IMG/VR virus record: IMGVR_UViG_3300017728_002360
Length of the DNA stretch: 64,000 bases
Strand: one strand, 5' to 3'
DNA from: a virus
A model generated the notes under the pieces. The model did no database searches. It worked only from the letters and a program-made list of their open reading frames with translations, and was not told the origin of the DNA. Of this stretch, positions 37,561 to 48,131 are shown piece by piece; the first letter of the stretch is position 1, and each line of letters opens with the position of its first letter. A program made the position numbers and the translations under genes.

Positions 37561-38263
37561 GCAGTCTATCCTTATTCGTGTAATAACTTTTTCTTAAAAT
37601 ATAGAAGAAGTCTCTTGCACGTCTACCTATTTCAGAATGTATTATCATATGTATTCTTGGTTTGTCGCTTTGATTCCATACACTATGTACGTTGCTTATA
37701 TCCATTAAGAAAGCACTACCTTGATCTTTGAAAGGAACTATACCTTGGTCCTTCATTACAAATACACAACCTTCAGGATTATTTAAACTGATGTTGCATA
37801 CACTTAAACGTTTTTCTTCGTCCTTGCGATCTTGGTGTGGCATAATGTATCCACCTGGTTCCAATAACATAAATCTTACTCTGTTAAGATATTCTGCTGG
37901 CCATACATCTGTTAAAAACTTTTTAGTTTCGGGACAGTTATCTGCTACCCAAGTCCAATCTAATTGTTTTAAAACTTCGTCACGTTCTAGTCCGTAACTG
38001 TTTAGCGATTGCGTATCTTCATTAAGTCCGTGTAGTGTAAGGCTCTTCCAACCATGTCCGTAATCATCCCTATGACTGTGAAACTTATCAATTAAGTTTT
38101 CTGCTTCTACATACATACCATTAAAAGGTTGTTTGTCTAATGCACTTAAATGAAAGTAAGGCCACTGTGATTCTTCAAGTAACCATTGTACGTCAAATAG
38201 ATCTGGGTATTGTTTGTTAATGATTTTACCGTTTTCTTTGTGGAATGACATGAGATGTTTCAT
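37544..38263 (-). CDS. Aspartyl/asparaginyl beta-hydroxylase-like 2OG oxygenase
   Basis: GWKSLTLHG, RVRFMLLEPGGYIMPHQD, H.V.N, RIHMIIH. Confidence 0.8.
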   Translation of the reverse strand: MKHLMSFHKENGKIINKQYPDLFDVQWLLEESQWPYFHLSALDKQPFNGMYVEAENLIDKFHSHRDDYGHGWKSLTLHGLNEDTQSLNSYGLERDEVLKQLDWTWVADNCPETKKFLTDVWPAEYLNRVRFMLLEPGGYIMPHQDRKDEEKRLSVCNISLNNPEGCVFVMKDQGIVPFKDQGSAFLMDISNVHSVWNQSDKPRIHMIIHSEIGRRARDFFYILRKSYYTNKDRLHEGLE

Positions 38264-38323
38264 AGTAATATTTACCGCCAGGTCCCAGTTAAATGCTCAG
38301 TTTTGAGCTTAAATAGTAGTATG
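38261..38323. promoter_or_regulatory. Divergent pair of late promoters, each TAAATA-N5-ATG, separated by a small hairpin
   Basis: Minus strand GGTAAATA-TTACT-ATG(38263); plus strand CTTAAATA-GTAGT-ATG(38321); GCTCA-GTTT-TGAGC at 38295-38308. Confidence 0.6.
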
Positions 38324-39316
38324 CCATATTTAAATCCAAAGGACATAGATACAATAACTGTTGACTTTACGAGCTATTGTAATGCTATGTGTGGGAATTG
38401 CAGTCGTAATATAGGTGGTACAGAAGTTAATCCACAGATGCCTCTCGAACACATGAAGCCTAATACATGGAAGAAATTGTTTACAGAGGAGATATGTGAA
38501 AATATAAACAAGATTGTTTTAAATGGTGCGTATGGAGATCCACTACGTAACCCTTATATATTTGAGTGCTTAAATTATTTGCGTAATTATAAGATGCCTG
38601 AAATACATATACATACTAACGGTGGAATGAATGGTCCTCAATTTTTTGCAGAGTTGGCAGAATGTTTGAAACCCTTTCCATTTCCAACCCATGTTGTTTT
38701 TAGCATAGACGGATTGGAAGATACTAATCATCTGTATAGACGTAATGTACAATGGCACAAGGTTATGGAAAATGCAAAAGCATTCATAGACGCAGGTGGA
38801 CTTGCACGTTGGCGTATGCTAGTGTTCAAGCATAATGCACACCAACTAGAAGAAGCAGAACAGTTAAGCAAAGACATGGGCTTTGGTGCGTTTGATATAA
38901 ATGGCGGTTATACGTTTAGTGCTATAGATAGTGTAGTAAATACAGCTATGGAGCAGTTTAAGGCTAGTAAGAAGGATACTGCACGTACTATTACATATGA
39001 AAAGAAACATTTAGATAACGTAAAACGTGTTGAAGGATTATTAGAAAAAGGATTTGATAAAGGTTGTATTACTTGTAAGTGGCAGAAAAAAGGCAAGATA
39101 CAAATAAGCCATATGGGCGAAGTGTTTCCATGTTGCTATACACTAGCAGATAGATATCCTAAAGACCTAAACAGTCCGTATGGTAAAGACATAAACACTA
39201 TTAAATGGTTAAACGTAAACGATATGCCACTAACAGATATATTAGAAAGTAATACATTAACAGATCCTATGAACAAGAGATTTAAAATTTGTGAGGTAAC
39301 TTGCGGTGAAGTGTAA
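38321..39316 (+). CDS. Radical SAM protein with C-terminal twitch/SPASM Cys cluster
   Basis: CNAMCGNC, G.YGDP, HTNGG, SIDG, C-terminal C...G.VFPCC...C..TC; start reassigned to 38321. Confidence 0.9.
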   Translation: MPYLNPKDIDTITVDFTSYCNAMCGNCSRNIGGTEVNPQMPLEHMKPNTWKKLFTEEICENINKIVLNGAYGDPLRNPYIFECLNYLRNYKMPEIHIHTNGGMNGPQFFAELAECLKPFPFPTHVVFSIDGLEDTNHLYRRNVQWHKVMENAKAFIDAGGLARWRMLVFKHNAHQLEEAEQLSKDMGFGAFDINGGYTFSAIDSVVNTAMEQFKASKKDTARTITYEKKHLDNVKRVEGLLEKGFDKGCITCKWQKKGKIQISHMGEVFPCCYTLADRYPKDLNSPYGKDINTIKWLNVNDMPLTDILESNTLTDPMNKRFKICEVTCGEV

Positions 39317-40343
39317 ATATTTAGAACATCAGGCAATGATACGTCCTGACGGAGAGTTCCGTATGTGTTGTATTAGTACAGAAAAGACTAATAAAGAAAA
39401 CATAAACGATATGTCTCCTGAAGAATGGTTAGCTAGTGAAACTCCTACAAAGGCTAGAGAACAATTAGCAAACAATCAGTTTCCAAAGGCTTGTCAAAAA
39501 TGTGAGCTTATGGAACTAGCAGGTAAACCAAGTATGCGTCAAAGACCAAGAGAGTATGGTCCAGGCATAAGCCATTTAGACATACGGTTTGGTAATCAAT
39601 GTAACCTACGTTGTACTATGTGCTATCCTGGTAGTTCAAGTAGCTTGTATGAAGAACACAACGAGCTAAAAGCTAAAGGTCAAGAAAGCCCATGGGGTTG
39701 GTTTGATTACGGATTGTATAATTGGTATACTGATGAACAAGGCGAAACACTTGCACGTAATCCTAATCTAAGAGAAGTATACCTAACAGGTGGTGAACCT
39801 ATGATGGTCAAGGGCTTAAACAAGTTCTTAGGAAAACTAGACCCTTCAGTGGAAGTAAGATTTAACACTAACGGTACACTATTCAATCCTAAGGTGTTTA
39901 ACGAATTAAAAAGATTTGATCGTGTTAACATGAACTTTAGCATTGACGGTATAGGTAAAACAAACGATTACATACGTTGGGGCAGTGATTGGGATACTAT
40001 CGAATACAACTTAAACAAGTTTAGAGAAGTAGCTGATGTAAGTTTAGGACCAACAGTACAAATAATGAATGTACTAGATCACGACACTTACATAGAATAC
40101 GCACAGGCTAACGACCTAGAAATATTTGATAACTTATTAATGACACCTGATAGCTTACATATTAAAAATGCACCTCAGGCTATGAAGGATAACATAAAGC
40201 ATTTTGATTATTGGATGTCACAACCAACAAGCATAGAAAAGCAAGACGAATTTAGAAAGTGGATAGGAGTGTTAGATAAACACAGAGGCGTAAACATAAA
40301 AGATTACTTACCAGAAGTAGCAGGGTATTATGGAATTAATTAA
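39306..40343 (+). CDS. Radical SAM protein with N-terminal twitch-like Cys cluster
   Basis: N-terminal C...DG...CC...C..C; core CNLRCTMC, GGEP, NTNGT, SIDG, YIRW. Confidence 0.9.
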   Translation: MKCKYLEHQAMIRPDGEFRMCCISTEKTNKENINDMSPEEWLASETPTKAREQLANNQFPKACQKCELMELAGKPSMRQRPREYGPGISHLDIRFGNQCNLRCTMCYPGSSSSLYEEHNELKAKGQESPWGWFDYGLYNWYTDEQGETLARNPNLREVYLTGGEPMMVKGLNKFLGKLDPSVEVRFNTNGTLFNPKVFNELKRFDRVNMNFSIDGIGKTNDYIRWGSDWDTIEYNLNKFREVADVSLGPTVQIMNVLDHDTYIEYAQANDLEIFDNLLMTPDSLHIKNAPQAMKDNIKHFDYWMSQPTSIEKQDEFRKWIGVLDKHRGVNIKDYLPEVAGYYGIN

Positions 40344-40794
40344 AGAGAACAAAGAAAAGCAACGTAAGGTCTATAAGCTAGAAGATAGATATAGAAAAGT
40401 CTGGGAAGGCGTACATCAAGAAATGATGGAAGAACACGTTGCGGTATTGAATACAGTAATGGAGGGTTGGGTAATTGATTGTGGAGTAACTACAAACTCA
40501 ACATGGATTGATTACCATATAGTTCCAGGTGTACCTGCAAATACATTTGAACATACCCCGGAGTTTGTTAGAAAGATATATGACTTCTGTATAGACAGCA
40601 TTAAACAAACGTCACCTTATGTGCATTATGATTGGGTGTTGAGTAACATCTTAATTGACGGAGATAATATGTATCTTATAGATTGGGATAACGTAGGATT
40701 GCACGAACCGTTAGATATACACAAGAAATTGGATAGTGATCTAAGGAGTGCTTTTGGAGAGAAATATGATGAAATGCTTGGCACCTTGGCATAG
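40330..40794 (+). CDS. Small kinase/phosphotransferase (APH/PK-like fold)
   Basis: HYDWVLSNIL (HxD..xN) and LIDWD. Confidence 0.7.
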   Translation: MELIKENKEKQRKVYKLEDRYRKVWEGVHQEMMEEHVAVLNTVMEGWVIDCGVTTNSTWIDYHIVPGVPANTFEHTPEFVRKIYDFCIDSIKQTSPYVHYDWVLSNILIDGDNMYLIDWDNVGLHEPLDIHKKLDSDLRSAFGEKYDEMLGTLA

Positions 40795-41893
40795 TATTTT
40801 GGTACGTTTTAACGGTGATATAGTACCGGACGGAGTGTACTTAAAACGTTACGGAAACGTGCTACAAACACCTTTAAATGACCTTTTAAACAGCTATACA
40901 GCGTCATACACACGTGATTCTATCCGTAGTGGAGTGTTACCGCCCGAGTGCGAACAATGTGCTTTAAAAGAAGCTTCTGTGGGTCATAGCAGGCGTAAAT
41001 TTTTTGAAGATATTTTGAATCCTATGGTTAAGGACAAGGGATATGATTACTCAAAAGACTTCACAGATATCTACTTTTTGGAGTTTAATATGAGTAATAT
41101 ATGTAACCTAAAATGTCGTATGTGTGACGGTATCAATTCTAGTGCTTGGGTCAAGGACGATCTTAAACTTGCACAAAATGGTAACCCGTATTTTAGAAGA
41201 ACTGACGATCCAGAATTTGGTTACACTAATAAAAGCGATCAGATCATAGAAAAATTATTCGAGGATCCCACACCATTTATGAACTTACGTTATCTAAGTA
41301 TCAAGGGTGGAGAACCTTACATGGAGCCTGCAAACAAAAAGATATTGCAGAAGTTTATAGACTTAGGAGTTGCAAAAAATGTTACACTTGACTGGACAAC
41401 GAATGGTACGATCGTTGATGAAGAAATACAGGAACTTGCTAGACACTTTGGCGAAACTAAATGGACAGTAAGTTTAGAAGGAACAGGTAAGCTGTATGAA
41501 TACATTAGAGGTGGAAAGAACTTTACGTTTGATCAACTAAATGAAAACCTAAAGCAGTACGACTTTGATAGAATTATTATTGCTGTAACTGTTATGGCAT
41601 ATAATATTGCACACCTAGATAAGATATGGTGGTGGTTTGAAGAAAATAAAAAAGACAACTGGGAAATATATTTTAATAATGTAGTTGCTAAACCGCCTTA
41701 CTTGAATCCTAGAATATTACCTAACGAGATACTAGATAAGATTGATTTTAGATTTCCTAAGATTACATATGAACAAGATAAGGAACTAGGTAAACATATA
41801 GACTTGTTTGTAAACTATACTAAAGATCTAGATAAGATTAGAAATACAAGTGTGTTAGATTATTGTCCTGAACTTAAAGATCTGTTTGTATAG
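40766..41893 (+). CDS. Radical SAM protein with N-terminal twitch-like region
   Basis: CLAPW, CEQC; core CNLKCRMC, GGEP, TTNGT, YEYIR, D..R...PEL end. Confidence 0.9.
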   Translation: MMKCLAPWHSILVRFNGDIVPDGVYLKRYGNVLQTPLNDLLNSYTASYTRDSIRSGVLPPECEQCALKEASVGHSRRKFFEDILNPMVKDKGYDYSKDFTDIYFLEFNMSNICNLKCRMCDGINSSAWVKDDLKLAQNGNPYFRRTDDPEFGYTNKSDQIIEKLFEDPTPFMNLRYLSIKGGEPYMEPANKKILQKFIDLGVAKNVTLDWTTNGTIVDEEIQELARHFGETKWTVSLEGTGKLYEYIRGGKNFTFDQLNENLKQYDFDRIIIAVTVMAYNIAHLDKIWWWFEENKKDNWEIYFNNVVAKPPYLNPRILPNEILDKIDFRFPKITYEQDKELGKHIDLFVNYTKDLDKIRNTSVLDYCPELKDLFV

Positions 41894-42425
41894 GATCAAG
41901 TGCTATATAGTGAACGTTGGTGTAAGTAGGACTATCAATTACCCACTTAACAAGTTGCCCTGCTTGTTGTAAACTAATTTTGTGTTTATCGTCTTTTAAT
42001 TTTTGTGTTTTAGAATTTAGTTGACCAAAAGCAATATTGCTCATACGTATTTTACTATTACCCCAACATACATTCTTACAAAGTTCTTTGCTTCTTTTAT
42101 CAAGTGCAGTTTTGTTTTCAAGATACCCTTCCGGACTATAACCGTCACCCCAGAAACTTGTTGTACTGCTGATATTAATTATATGTCCTCTTTCAAACTT
42201 ATCGTATACAGCATTTAATATATCTACCTGTTCTCCATCAGGACCATACTGACTGTTTACAAATACATCAAAGTCTTTTGCATAGTTGGCGACTTTTTCA
42301 AAGTCTCCTAGATCCCAGTCATTCCATCTGCCAATGAACTCTACCCTATTATGATTATATGCTTCATAGATACCTTTGCATAAACCTTCGTAGTTAGGAT
42401 TTCCTGTTACTAATATTTTGCTCAT
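41874..42425 (-). CDS. Short SDR-like NAD(P)-binding protein
   Basis: ILVTG, DVFVN, IINISS, YxxxK (YLENK). Confidence 0.7.
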   Translation of the reverse strand: MSKILVTGNPNYEGLCKGIYEAYNHNRVEFIGRWNDWDLGDFEKVANYAKDFDVFVNSQYGPDGEQVDILNAVYDKFERGHIINISSTTSFWGDGYSPEGYLENKTALDKRSKELCKNVCWGNSKIRMSNIAFGQLNSKTQKLKDDKHKISLQQAGQLVKWVIDSPTYTNVHYIALDPIQTDL

Positions 42426-43354
42426 AGTTCTGCTACTTGTTCTTTCTTAATGTATATGTCGCTTAGACAACTGCAAATGCTTTTACCACATACTATAGGT
42501 TCTGTTGGCAACTTGTATCTTTCTAAATTACCTATTGCTCCACCGAACTGACAGTCTGCTCTATACATATTGCCCCACATATCTATATTTACTCCGTCAA
42601 CACCTGCCCAACATTTCCAACCTACAAATTTGTTCTTACCTTCTAGTATTAGTTGATTAGCGTCTACGTCTTTGCTATCCTTGAACCAGTCATTGTATTG
42701 TAATTGCATTTCGCCTCTGTGTACATCTCCGAAATGTATATCTCTACTAAAGGGCCAATTCTTAATTGTATCCTTTTGTTGCTGTGTATATGTAACAACT
42801 TCATTTGTAATACTTTCACTAGATGTTTTATCTACAATAACTTTAGGCTCAATACTTGCTATATCTGTATTGCTATAAATTAGTTCTGATATCTTAAATG
42901 CTTCTTCAAAGTCTGTTGGCAATAACATCATATTTACAACTGTATTGATTCCGCTTTCATTTATTACTTTTATAAAATGTTCTGGATCTGCGTATGCTTT
43001 ATGATAGCTTAACATCATAGCATCTGTATAGGGTGCAATACGTTTGAAGTACTCTGGCTTTTGACTTCCATTACTTACAAATGTAAACTTATGTCCTTGC
43101 TCCTTGGCACACTTTGCCATGTCTATAAAGTGTTTCCAATACGTAGGTTCACCACCACTTATTCTAAAACAGATATCCTTGTTTACTTTTAAATTTTTTA
43201 TAAAACGTTCTACAGTTTCCCAACGTGGTTGTCCTGTGCTACCATTGTGTAGTATGTCGGGGCAGTACTCACAACGATAGTTACACTTATTAGATAGTGT
43301 CCAACTAACTAAGAACCAATCGTTTTTTGTAATGTCCTTGTATACTAGTTTCAT
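42422..43354 (-). CDS. Radical SAM protein with C-terminal Cys cluster
   Basis: CNYRCEYC, SGGEPT, SNGS, F.GW.CWAG, C...C.C. Confidence 0.9.
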   Translation of the reverse strand: MKLVYKDITKNDWFLVSWTLSNKCNYRCEYCPDILHNGSTGQPRWETVERFIKNLKVNKDICFRISGGEPTYWKHFIDMAKCAKEQGHKFTFVSNGSQKPEYFKRIAPYTDAMMLSYHKAYADPEHFIKVINESGINTVVNMMLLPTDFEEAFKISELIYSNTDIASIEPKVIVDKTSSESITNEVVTYTQQQKDTIKNWPFSRDIHFGDVHRGEMQLQYNDWFKDSKDVDANQLILEGKNKFVGWKCWAGVDGVNIDMWGNMYRADCQFGGAIGNLERYKLPTEPIVCGKSICSCLSDIYIKKEQVAEL

Positions 43355-43879
43355 TTAGTAATCCCACTTTTGCCATGGACCTTCTATTGTTATTGATGTT
43401 ATATCTTTATCATTCATTACATCTATAATCTTTGTGGCTACACCATCAACGGGCAATTTAGCTGTATCAAATCCTTCTGTCATAGGCGTGTCCATCCAAC
43501 CTATTTTAATATTTACTACTCTACACTTTTTCTCTATGTGTTGTAATCTCATGCAGGCTTCGTCTAGTGCTTTTTTATGTATAGGATAAAATCCCATTTG
43601 ATAATTTATATGTTTTATTTCAGAAGCAGTACTGCTAATGTTTATAATTGTTTTATCCTCATTCATCCACTTTAAAAAAACTTTTTCTAACATAATAGCT
43701 TGATGAAATCCATCATACGCATTGTTAATAAAAACGTCACAACTTAATAAGGCGTCAATCCAAGGATCAGGATTTTTTATGTCATGATGACTGCCTAAGT
43801 CAAATCCTATACTATCTGGTATGCGTGTATAAAGTTCTTTACCTAGTCCTGACAAATGTCCTGTGATTCCTACTCTCAT
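43355..43879 (-). CDS. Short-chain dehydrogenase/reductase
   Basis: ITGHLSGLG, DVFINNA, IINISS, YPIHK, GWMDT. Confidence 0.8.
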   Translation of the reverse strand: MRVGITGHLSGLGKELYTRIPDSIGFDLGSHHDIKNPDPWIDALLSCDVFINNAYDGFHQAIMLEKVFLKWMNEDKTIINISSTASEIKHINYQMGFYPIHKKALDEACMRLQHIEKKCRVVNIKIGWMDTPMTEGFDTAKLPVDGVATKIIDVMNDKDITSITIEGPWQKWDY

Positions 43880-44997
43880 AATCCGTGTACCTTTTCCATT
43901 TCTTTTAACGTATCTGGTATTGCATCAAAGTATTCTTGGTCTGCATTAATAGGTACAATAAACCTAAAATGCTTATCACTTTTGTTTATCATAAAAGTAG
44001 TGCCAAAGTTTCCGCTGATGTTCCAACCATCGATTGATAAATTCTGTCTTGCAAGTTCTATAACATTATTAACGTTATCCATATACTTGTAATTTTCTAA
44101 AACGTTTAAGTATTCGTCCATACACAATACACCTGACAGGGTCATACTGTATGTGTGTCCATGTAACCACTTTCCGTCTTTTATTTTTTCATGTACTTTC
44201 TCATTAAACATAGCCATTGATAACGGAAAGAAGCCTCCTGTAATTGCCTTGCCCATTACAAATAGATCAGGCTTAACAGGTTGTTTACTCCAACCAAAGA
44301 AGTCTCCTGTTTTACCGCCACCCATAAACACATCATCTATGATTACGAGTACATCATGTTTGGCTTGTATCTCATTTACTTTATTCCAAACGTCATACCC
44401 ATAAGGTGATATATCTTGATCATGTGGACAAGTTTCTACAACGATACAAGCAACATCGTCCCAATCAACTTCCTGTTCTAAATTATTGCGTGATAATTTA
44501 ATTACGTTTTGATATGGATCCATTCCGTAGTATGCACTTTGAAAGTGTACATCTCCAACACTCATTGACAGTAAAGTTGATCCATGATACGCATCGTCAA
44601 ATGATACTATTTTCTTTCTAGTATTTCCACATCTTTGATGATATGCAAAGGCTAACTTGATAGCAACTTCTACTCCGTCACTTCCTGATAATGCAAACAC
44701 AGGTCTGTATCCATCGGTCATGTTATACAATCTATTTGCTAAATCAATGTGTGGTGAATTTACAGCTGGTCCTGAATGACCAAAAAACAAACTGTCACCT
44801 GTCTCGTGTTTGAATCCTTTCATTCTAGTACATACTTTATCAATGATACCATGGTCGTCATATCCTAGACTAAACGCACTATAATATAAAAGGTTGTCAA
44901 TTAACTTGACTCCGTCTTTAATTGTGCCAAACTTCCAGTGTTCAGTGTCTACACTTACGTCAGTCTGTTGTCCTAGTATTAGTCCTTTATATTCCAT
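43876..44997 (-). CDS. Class III PLP aminotransferase
   Basis: SGSDGVE.A.K, YHGST, IIDDVFMGGGKTG, PDL..MGKAITGG, HGHTY. Confidence 0.88.
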   Translation of the reverse strand: MEYKGLILGQQTDVSVDTEHWKFGTIKDGVKLIDNLLYYSAFSLGYDDHGIIDKVCTRMKGFKHETGDSLFFGHSGPAVNSPHIDLANRLYNMTDGYRPVFALSGSDGVEVAIKLAFAYHQRCGNTRKKIVSFDDAYHGSTLLSMSVGDVHFQSAYYGMDPYQNVIKLSRNNLEQEVDWDDVACIVVETCPHDQDISPYGYDVWNKVNEIQAKHDVLVIIDDVFMGGGKTGDFFGWSKQPVKPDLFVMGKAITGGFFPLSMAMFNEKVHEKIKDGKWLHGHTYSMTLSGVLCMDEYLNVLENYKYMDNVNNVIELARQNLSIDGWNISGNFGTTFMINKSDKHFRFIVPINADQEYFDAIPDTLKEMEKVHGL

Positions 44998-46301
44998 TAC
45001 ATATATCTCCCAAGCTCTGGAAATGTTTTTCTAAAGTCTGTTTCACGTCTTTCATCTGTTATCTTTAAGTATTCTTGTAGTGCAGGAAGTTTGTTTCCCC
45101 AATCATCTTGCATCATGTATTTAATTAGTCCTCTCCAACGTTGAGCACCGTATGGGTGTTGATTAAATTCTAAATTAAACTTCTGTCTGTCAATAAAATT
45201 TTCAATCTTTTGTTTAGCCCATAGTTTTGCTTCTTGTGGTAGTACTTGTACATTTAGGTACGATGGCAAATAAACCAAATGCGTTCCTATGATTCCGCCG
45301 CCAAACATTGATGGATTAATCTTGCTAAAGCCTTGATCCATTTTCCATTCAGCTAATTCATCTATGTAACCTACGTTTAATAATTGTATTGCACAGGCAA
45401 TATTGATAACCGTATTATCCTTTGTATTTTGATCTAATCTCTTTAAGTTGGTTTCAACGTCCGACCACTTGCTTGGGTAACGTATATAATCATTACGTTC
45501 ACCATATGCGTCAATGCTAAAATTAAAACGTACTTCCTTAAAATGATCCCATAGTTTAAATAACTTGTCTGGTAATTCTAATCCATTTGAATTATATCGT
45601 AGGTTGCAATTTTTTGCATATCCTTCGTCGACCATAAACTCTAATATTTTATAATGTTCAGGTATTAGTAACGGTTCTCCGCCTGCAAAGTACAGTTCTT
45701 GTATATGCTGTGCCTGGTCTTTCATTGAATCTATAAACGATCCTTTTTTATACCAGGTATAATCATATTGATCGTCCCAACCTTGGTCAGCAACTAGGTC
45801 CTTGTTCTTATACTGCGGATACTGTAGTTTCCATTCTTTAATCCAACTTGAACTATCATGTGGACTACACATAACGCATTTCAATTGGCATAGGTTACCT
45901 AAACGTAAATCAAAGTAAGGAATGTTTACAGGTGCAGTACCATCTTCCTTTGTACTTGCAATAAGTTTATCAAAGTCTAAACGTTCTTTCCATTCTGCAC
46001 TTTCCCATTGGCGTTTACTTGAAATACCTTTTGCTTCTTCATTAAAGCATTTAGTACAACTGGCAGGTATTTCGCCATTGAGCATTTGAAGTCTTGTTCT
46101 TCTCATGTGTTCGCTGTTCCATACTTCTTCTATTGTATGGTCACGTAGGTTCATAGCAATACCATCTTTCTTAACAAGTCCTGCTGTCTTTTCATCTTGT
46201 TTACCCGCACCACTGGCATTGGCAGTACAGCAAACTCTAACATCTCCGTTAGGTCGTGTCGCTAAATGTATCCAGGGTAGTGGGCAAAATGTTTTACTCA
46301 T
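44997..46301 (-). CDS. Radical SAM protein with N-terminal twitch-like Cys cluster
   Basis: FCPLPW.H...NG..VCC, C.KC; core CQLKCVMC, AGGEP, YNSNG, YIRYPS, PEL. Confidence 0.9.
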   Translation of the reverse strand: MSKTFCPLPWIHLATRPNGDVRVCCTANASGAGKQDEKTAGLVKKDGIAMNLRDHTIEEVWNSEHMRRTRLQMLNGEIPASCTKCFNEEAKGISSKRQWESAEWKERLDFDKLIASTKEDGTAPVNIPYFDLRLGNLCQLKCVMCSPHDSSSWIKEWKLQYPQYKNKDLVADQGWDDQYDYTWYKKGSFIDSMKDQAQHIQELYFAGGEPLLIPEHYKILEFMVDEGYAKNCNLRYNSNGLELPDKLFKLWDHFKEVRFNFSIDAYGERNDYIRYPSKWSDVETNLKRLDQNTKDNTVINIACAIQLLNVGYIDELAEWKMDQGFSKINPSMFGGGIIGTHLVYLPSYLNVQVLPQEAKLWAKQKIENFIDRQKFNLEFNQHPYGAQRWRGLIKYMMQDDWGNKLPALQEYLKITDERRETDFRKTFPELGRYM

Positions 46302-47137
46302 TTTATTGCTAATCCTACTTGTTCACCTATTTGTTTATATTCCAATATCTTTCCTGTAACTGTAGACTGTTTCATGTTTTCGTAGTTGATTCCTTTTAGT
46401 GTAATACAATCTCCTACTACCTGTGCAAGTACTCCTACTGCACTATGACAATCACCGTCTAAGAACTTCAATGCTGTACGTTCTGCTAATACACTATAAA
46501 ATGTATCCAAGTGGTTTATTTGCCTTACTAGAGCTGTGTAAGGGCTCATAGTACGTGTCTGTACAGCAATAACACCTTGTCCAACCGCTGGTAACATTTT
46601 ATCAAAGTCAAATGTATGTGTTATATATTTTTCTAATCCTAGTATTTCAAGTCCTGCTCTTGCCAAAATAATGGCATCATAATCACCGTCATTTAATTTC
46701 TTAATGCGTGTTGCAATATTTCCTCTGATATGTTTTATCTCAAAGTCTACCTTAAAGTTATTTTTAAGTTGTGCTATTCTTCTTGGACTACCTGTTCCTA
46801 CTCTTGCACCTGGAAAGAATTTACCCAAGTAACAATCTCTTGGATCGTTACGTTTTAATACTGCCGCAAGTATTAACTCTTTTGGCATTACAGTTGGTAA
46901 GTCCTTTGTGCTGTGTACAGCTACATCAACAGCACCATTGTACAATTCATCTTCTATGCGTTTACAAAACACTCCTTTGCCACCTATATCAGCAATAACT
47001 TTATCTTCGTGGATATCTCCATCTGATTTGATTGGAACAATTTCTACAGTACAGTTTAGTTGTTCTAATTTTCTAGTTACTATTTCTGCCATTGACAATG
47101 CTAGTTCACTACCTCTAACTCCTACCCTTACTTTCAT
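46298..47137 (-). CDS. hemC: Porphobilinogen deaminase (hydroxymethylbilane synthase)
   Basis: RGS.LA, GGKGVF, AVHS.KD.P, GTGSPRR.AQL, RGN..TR, PAVGQG, AER...LDGDC (cofactor Cys). Confidence 0.95.
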   Translation of the reverse strand: MKVRVGVRGSELALSMAEIVTRKLEQLNCTVEIVPIKSDGDIHEDKVIADIGGKGVFCKRIEDELYNGAVDVAVHSTKDLPTVMPKELILAAVLKRNDPRDCYLGKFFPGARVGTGSPRRIAQLKNNFKVDFEIKHIRGNIATRIKKLNDGDYDAIILARAGLEILGLEKYITHTFDFDKMLPAVGQGVIAVQTRTMSPYTALVRQINHLDTFYSVLAERTALKFLDGDCHSAVGVLAQVVGDCITLKGINYENMKQSTVTGKILEYKQIGEQVGLAIK

Positions 47138-47742
47138 TTGTTTTTCCTTCCAACTAACATATACCTTGTATACTTAGGCAGTTCAAGTTCTGCTTTTTCA
47201 GATACATTTAATTTACTTTTCCATTCAAACTCTTTAAGGTCCTTGCTACAGTTTACGTGTTCATCTAATTCAAAGTAATTGTTACTTTGTAAAATAATTT
47301 GTGCTCCATCTGGTACTTTGTCTAACCAAGTGTTGTATTGTTCTTGTGTGATGTGTTCACAGCTTGTATTGATAACAAAGTAAGGCTCTCTAGTATATTC
47401 ATATTCACACATATCAGCAGTTACACTTTCAAACTTACCTTCCATCTCATAACGTTTGTTCATTGTACTTGCTATTTCTTTACACTTAGGATCTATGTCA
47501 ATGCTTGTTATGTGTTTGCAACCTAGTTCACTATTGAACATCATACAAGCTAGTACTCCGTTCCAACCGCCATGTATTACAAACTCTGCATTTCTAATAG
47601 ACTTGTGTTTTTCAAGTGCTTCAATTAGCCAGAGCTTACTTTTAATCTGACCGTCCCAGAAACTCTCAAGTGTACGTTCTTTATCTTCGCTGTTACGTAT
47701 TGCGTCCATCCAGAACTTTATATCGTGTATATCTATTTTCAT
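47134..47742 (-). CDS. Class I SAM-dependent methyltransferase-like protein
   Basis: GGWNG, SIDID, TADM, INTSCEH, LQSNNY. Confidence 0.65.
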   Translation of the reverse strand: MKIDIHDIKFWMDAIRNSEDKERTLESFWDGQIKSKLWLIEALEKHKSIRNAEFVIHGGWNGVLACMMFNSELGCKHITSIDIDPKCKEIASTMNKRYEMEGKFESVTADMCEYEYTREPYFVINTSCEHITQEQYNTWLDKVPDGAQIILQSNNYFELDEHVNCSKDLKEFEWKSKLNVSEKAELELPKYTRYMLVGRKNK

Positions 47743-48131
47743 TAAAAGCCTATTCTTATTCCTATACTGTGATTATCTCTAATAACATCATAATTATAAA
47801 CAACATTATACGTATGCCATATGGATCTATATTTCTCAGGTATCATCTTTGTTGCTTCATAGTGTGCAAATCCTCTAGCAATAAAATAAGTTATAACTTG
47901 AAACTCATTTGGGTGCTTACCTAATATTTTATTCTTTTCATAATAGTTGTCATTGTTTGCTATTTCTAAAGTCTGTAACATATCTATTGTTTGTAATATA
48001 TTAAAAGCAATGATACCTGCCTTATCAGTTTCTGTTAAAGGTTCTTTGTAAAACTGTTTTAAATCTAATGCTTTACTGTCTCCTACCGAAACTATAATAC
48101 ACATAAAAATTGCTACTAATAATAATCTCAT
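47742..48131 (-). CDS. Hypothetical exported/membrane protein
   Basis: Signal-peptide-like N-terminus; D..QT, E.N.ILG.HP. Confidence 0.55.
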   Translation of the reverse strand: MRLLLVAIFMCIIVSVGDSKALDLKQFYKEPLTETDKAGIIAFNILQTIDMLQTLEIANNDNYYEKNKILGKHPNEFQVITYFIARGFAHYEATKMIPEKYRSIWHTYNVVYNYDVIRDNHSIGIRIGF

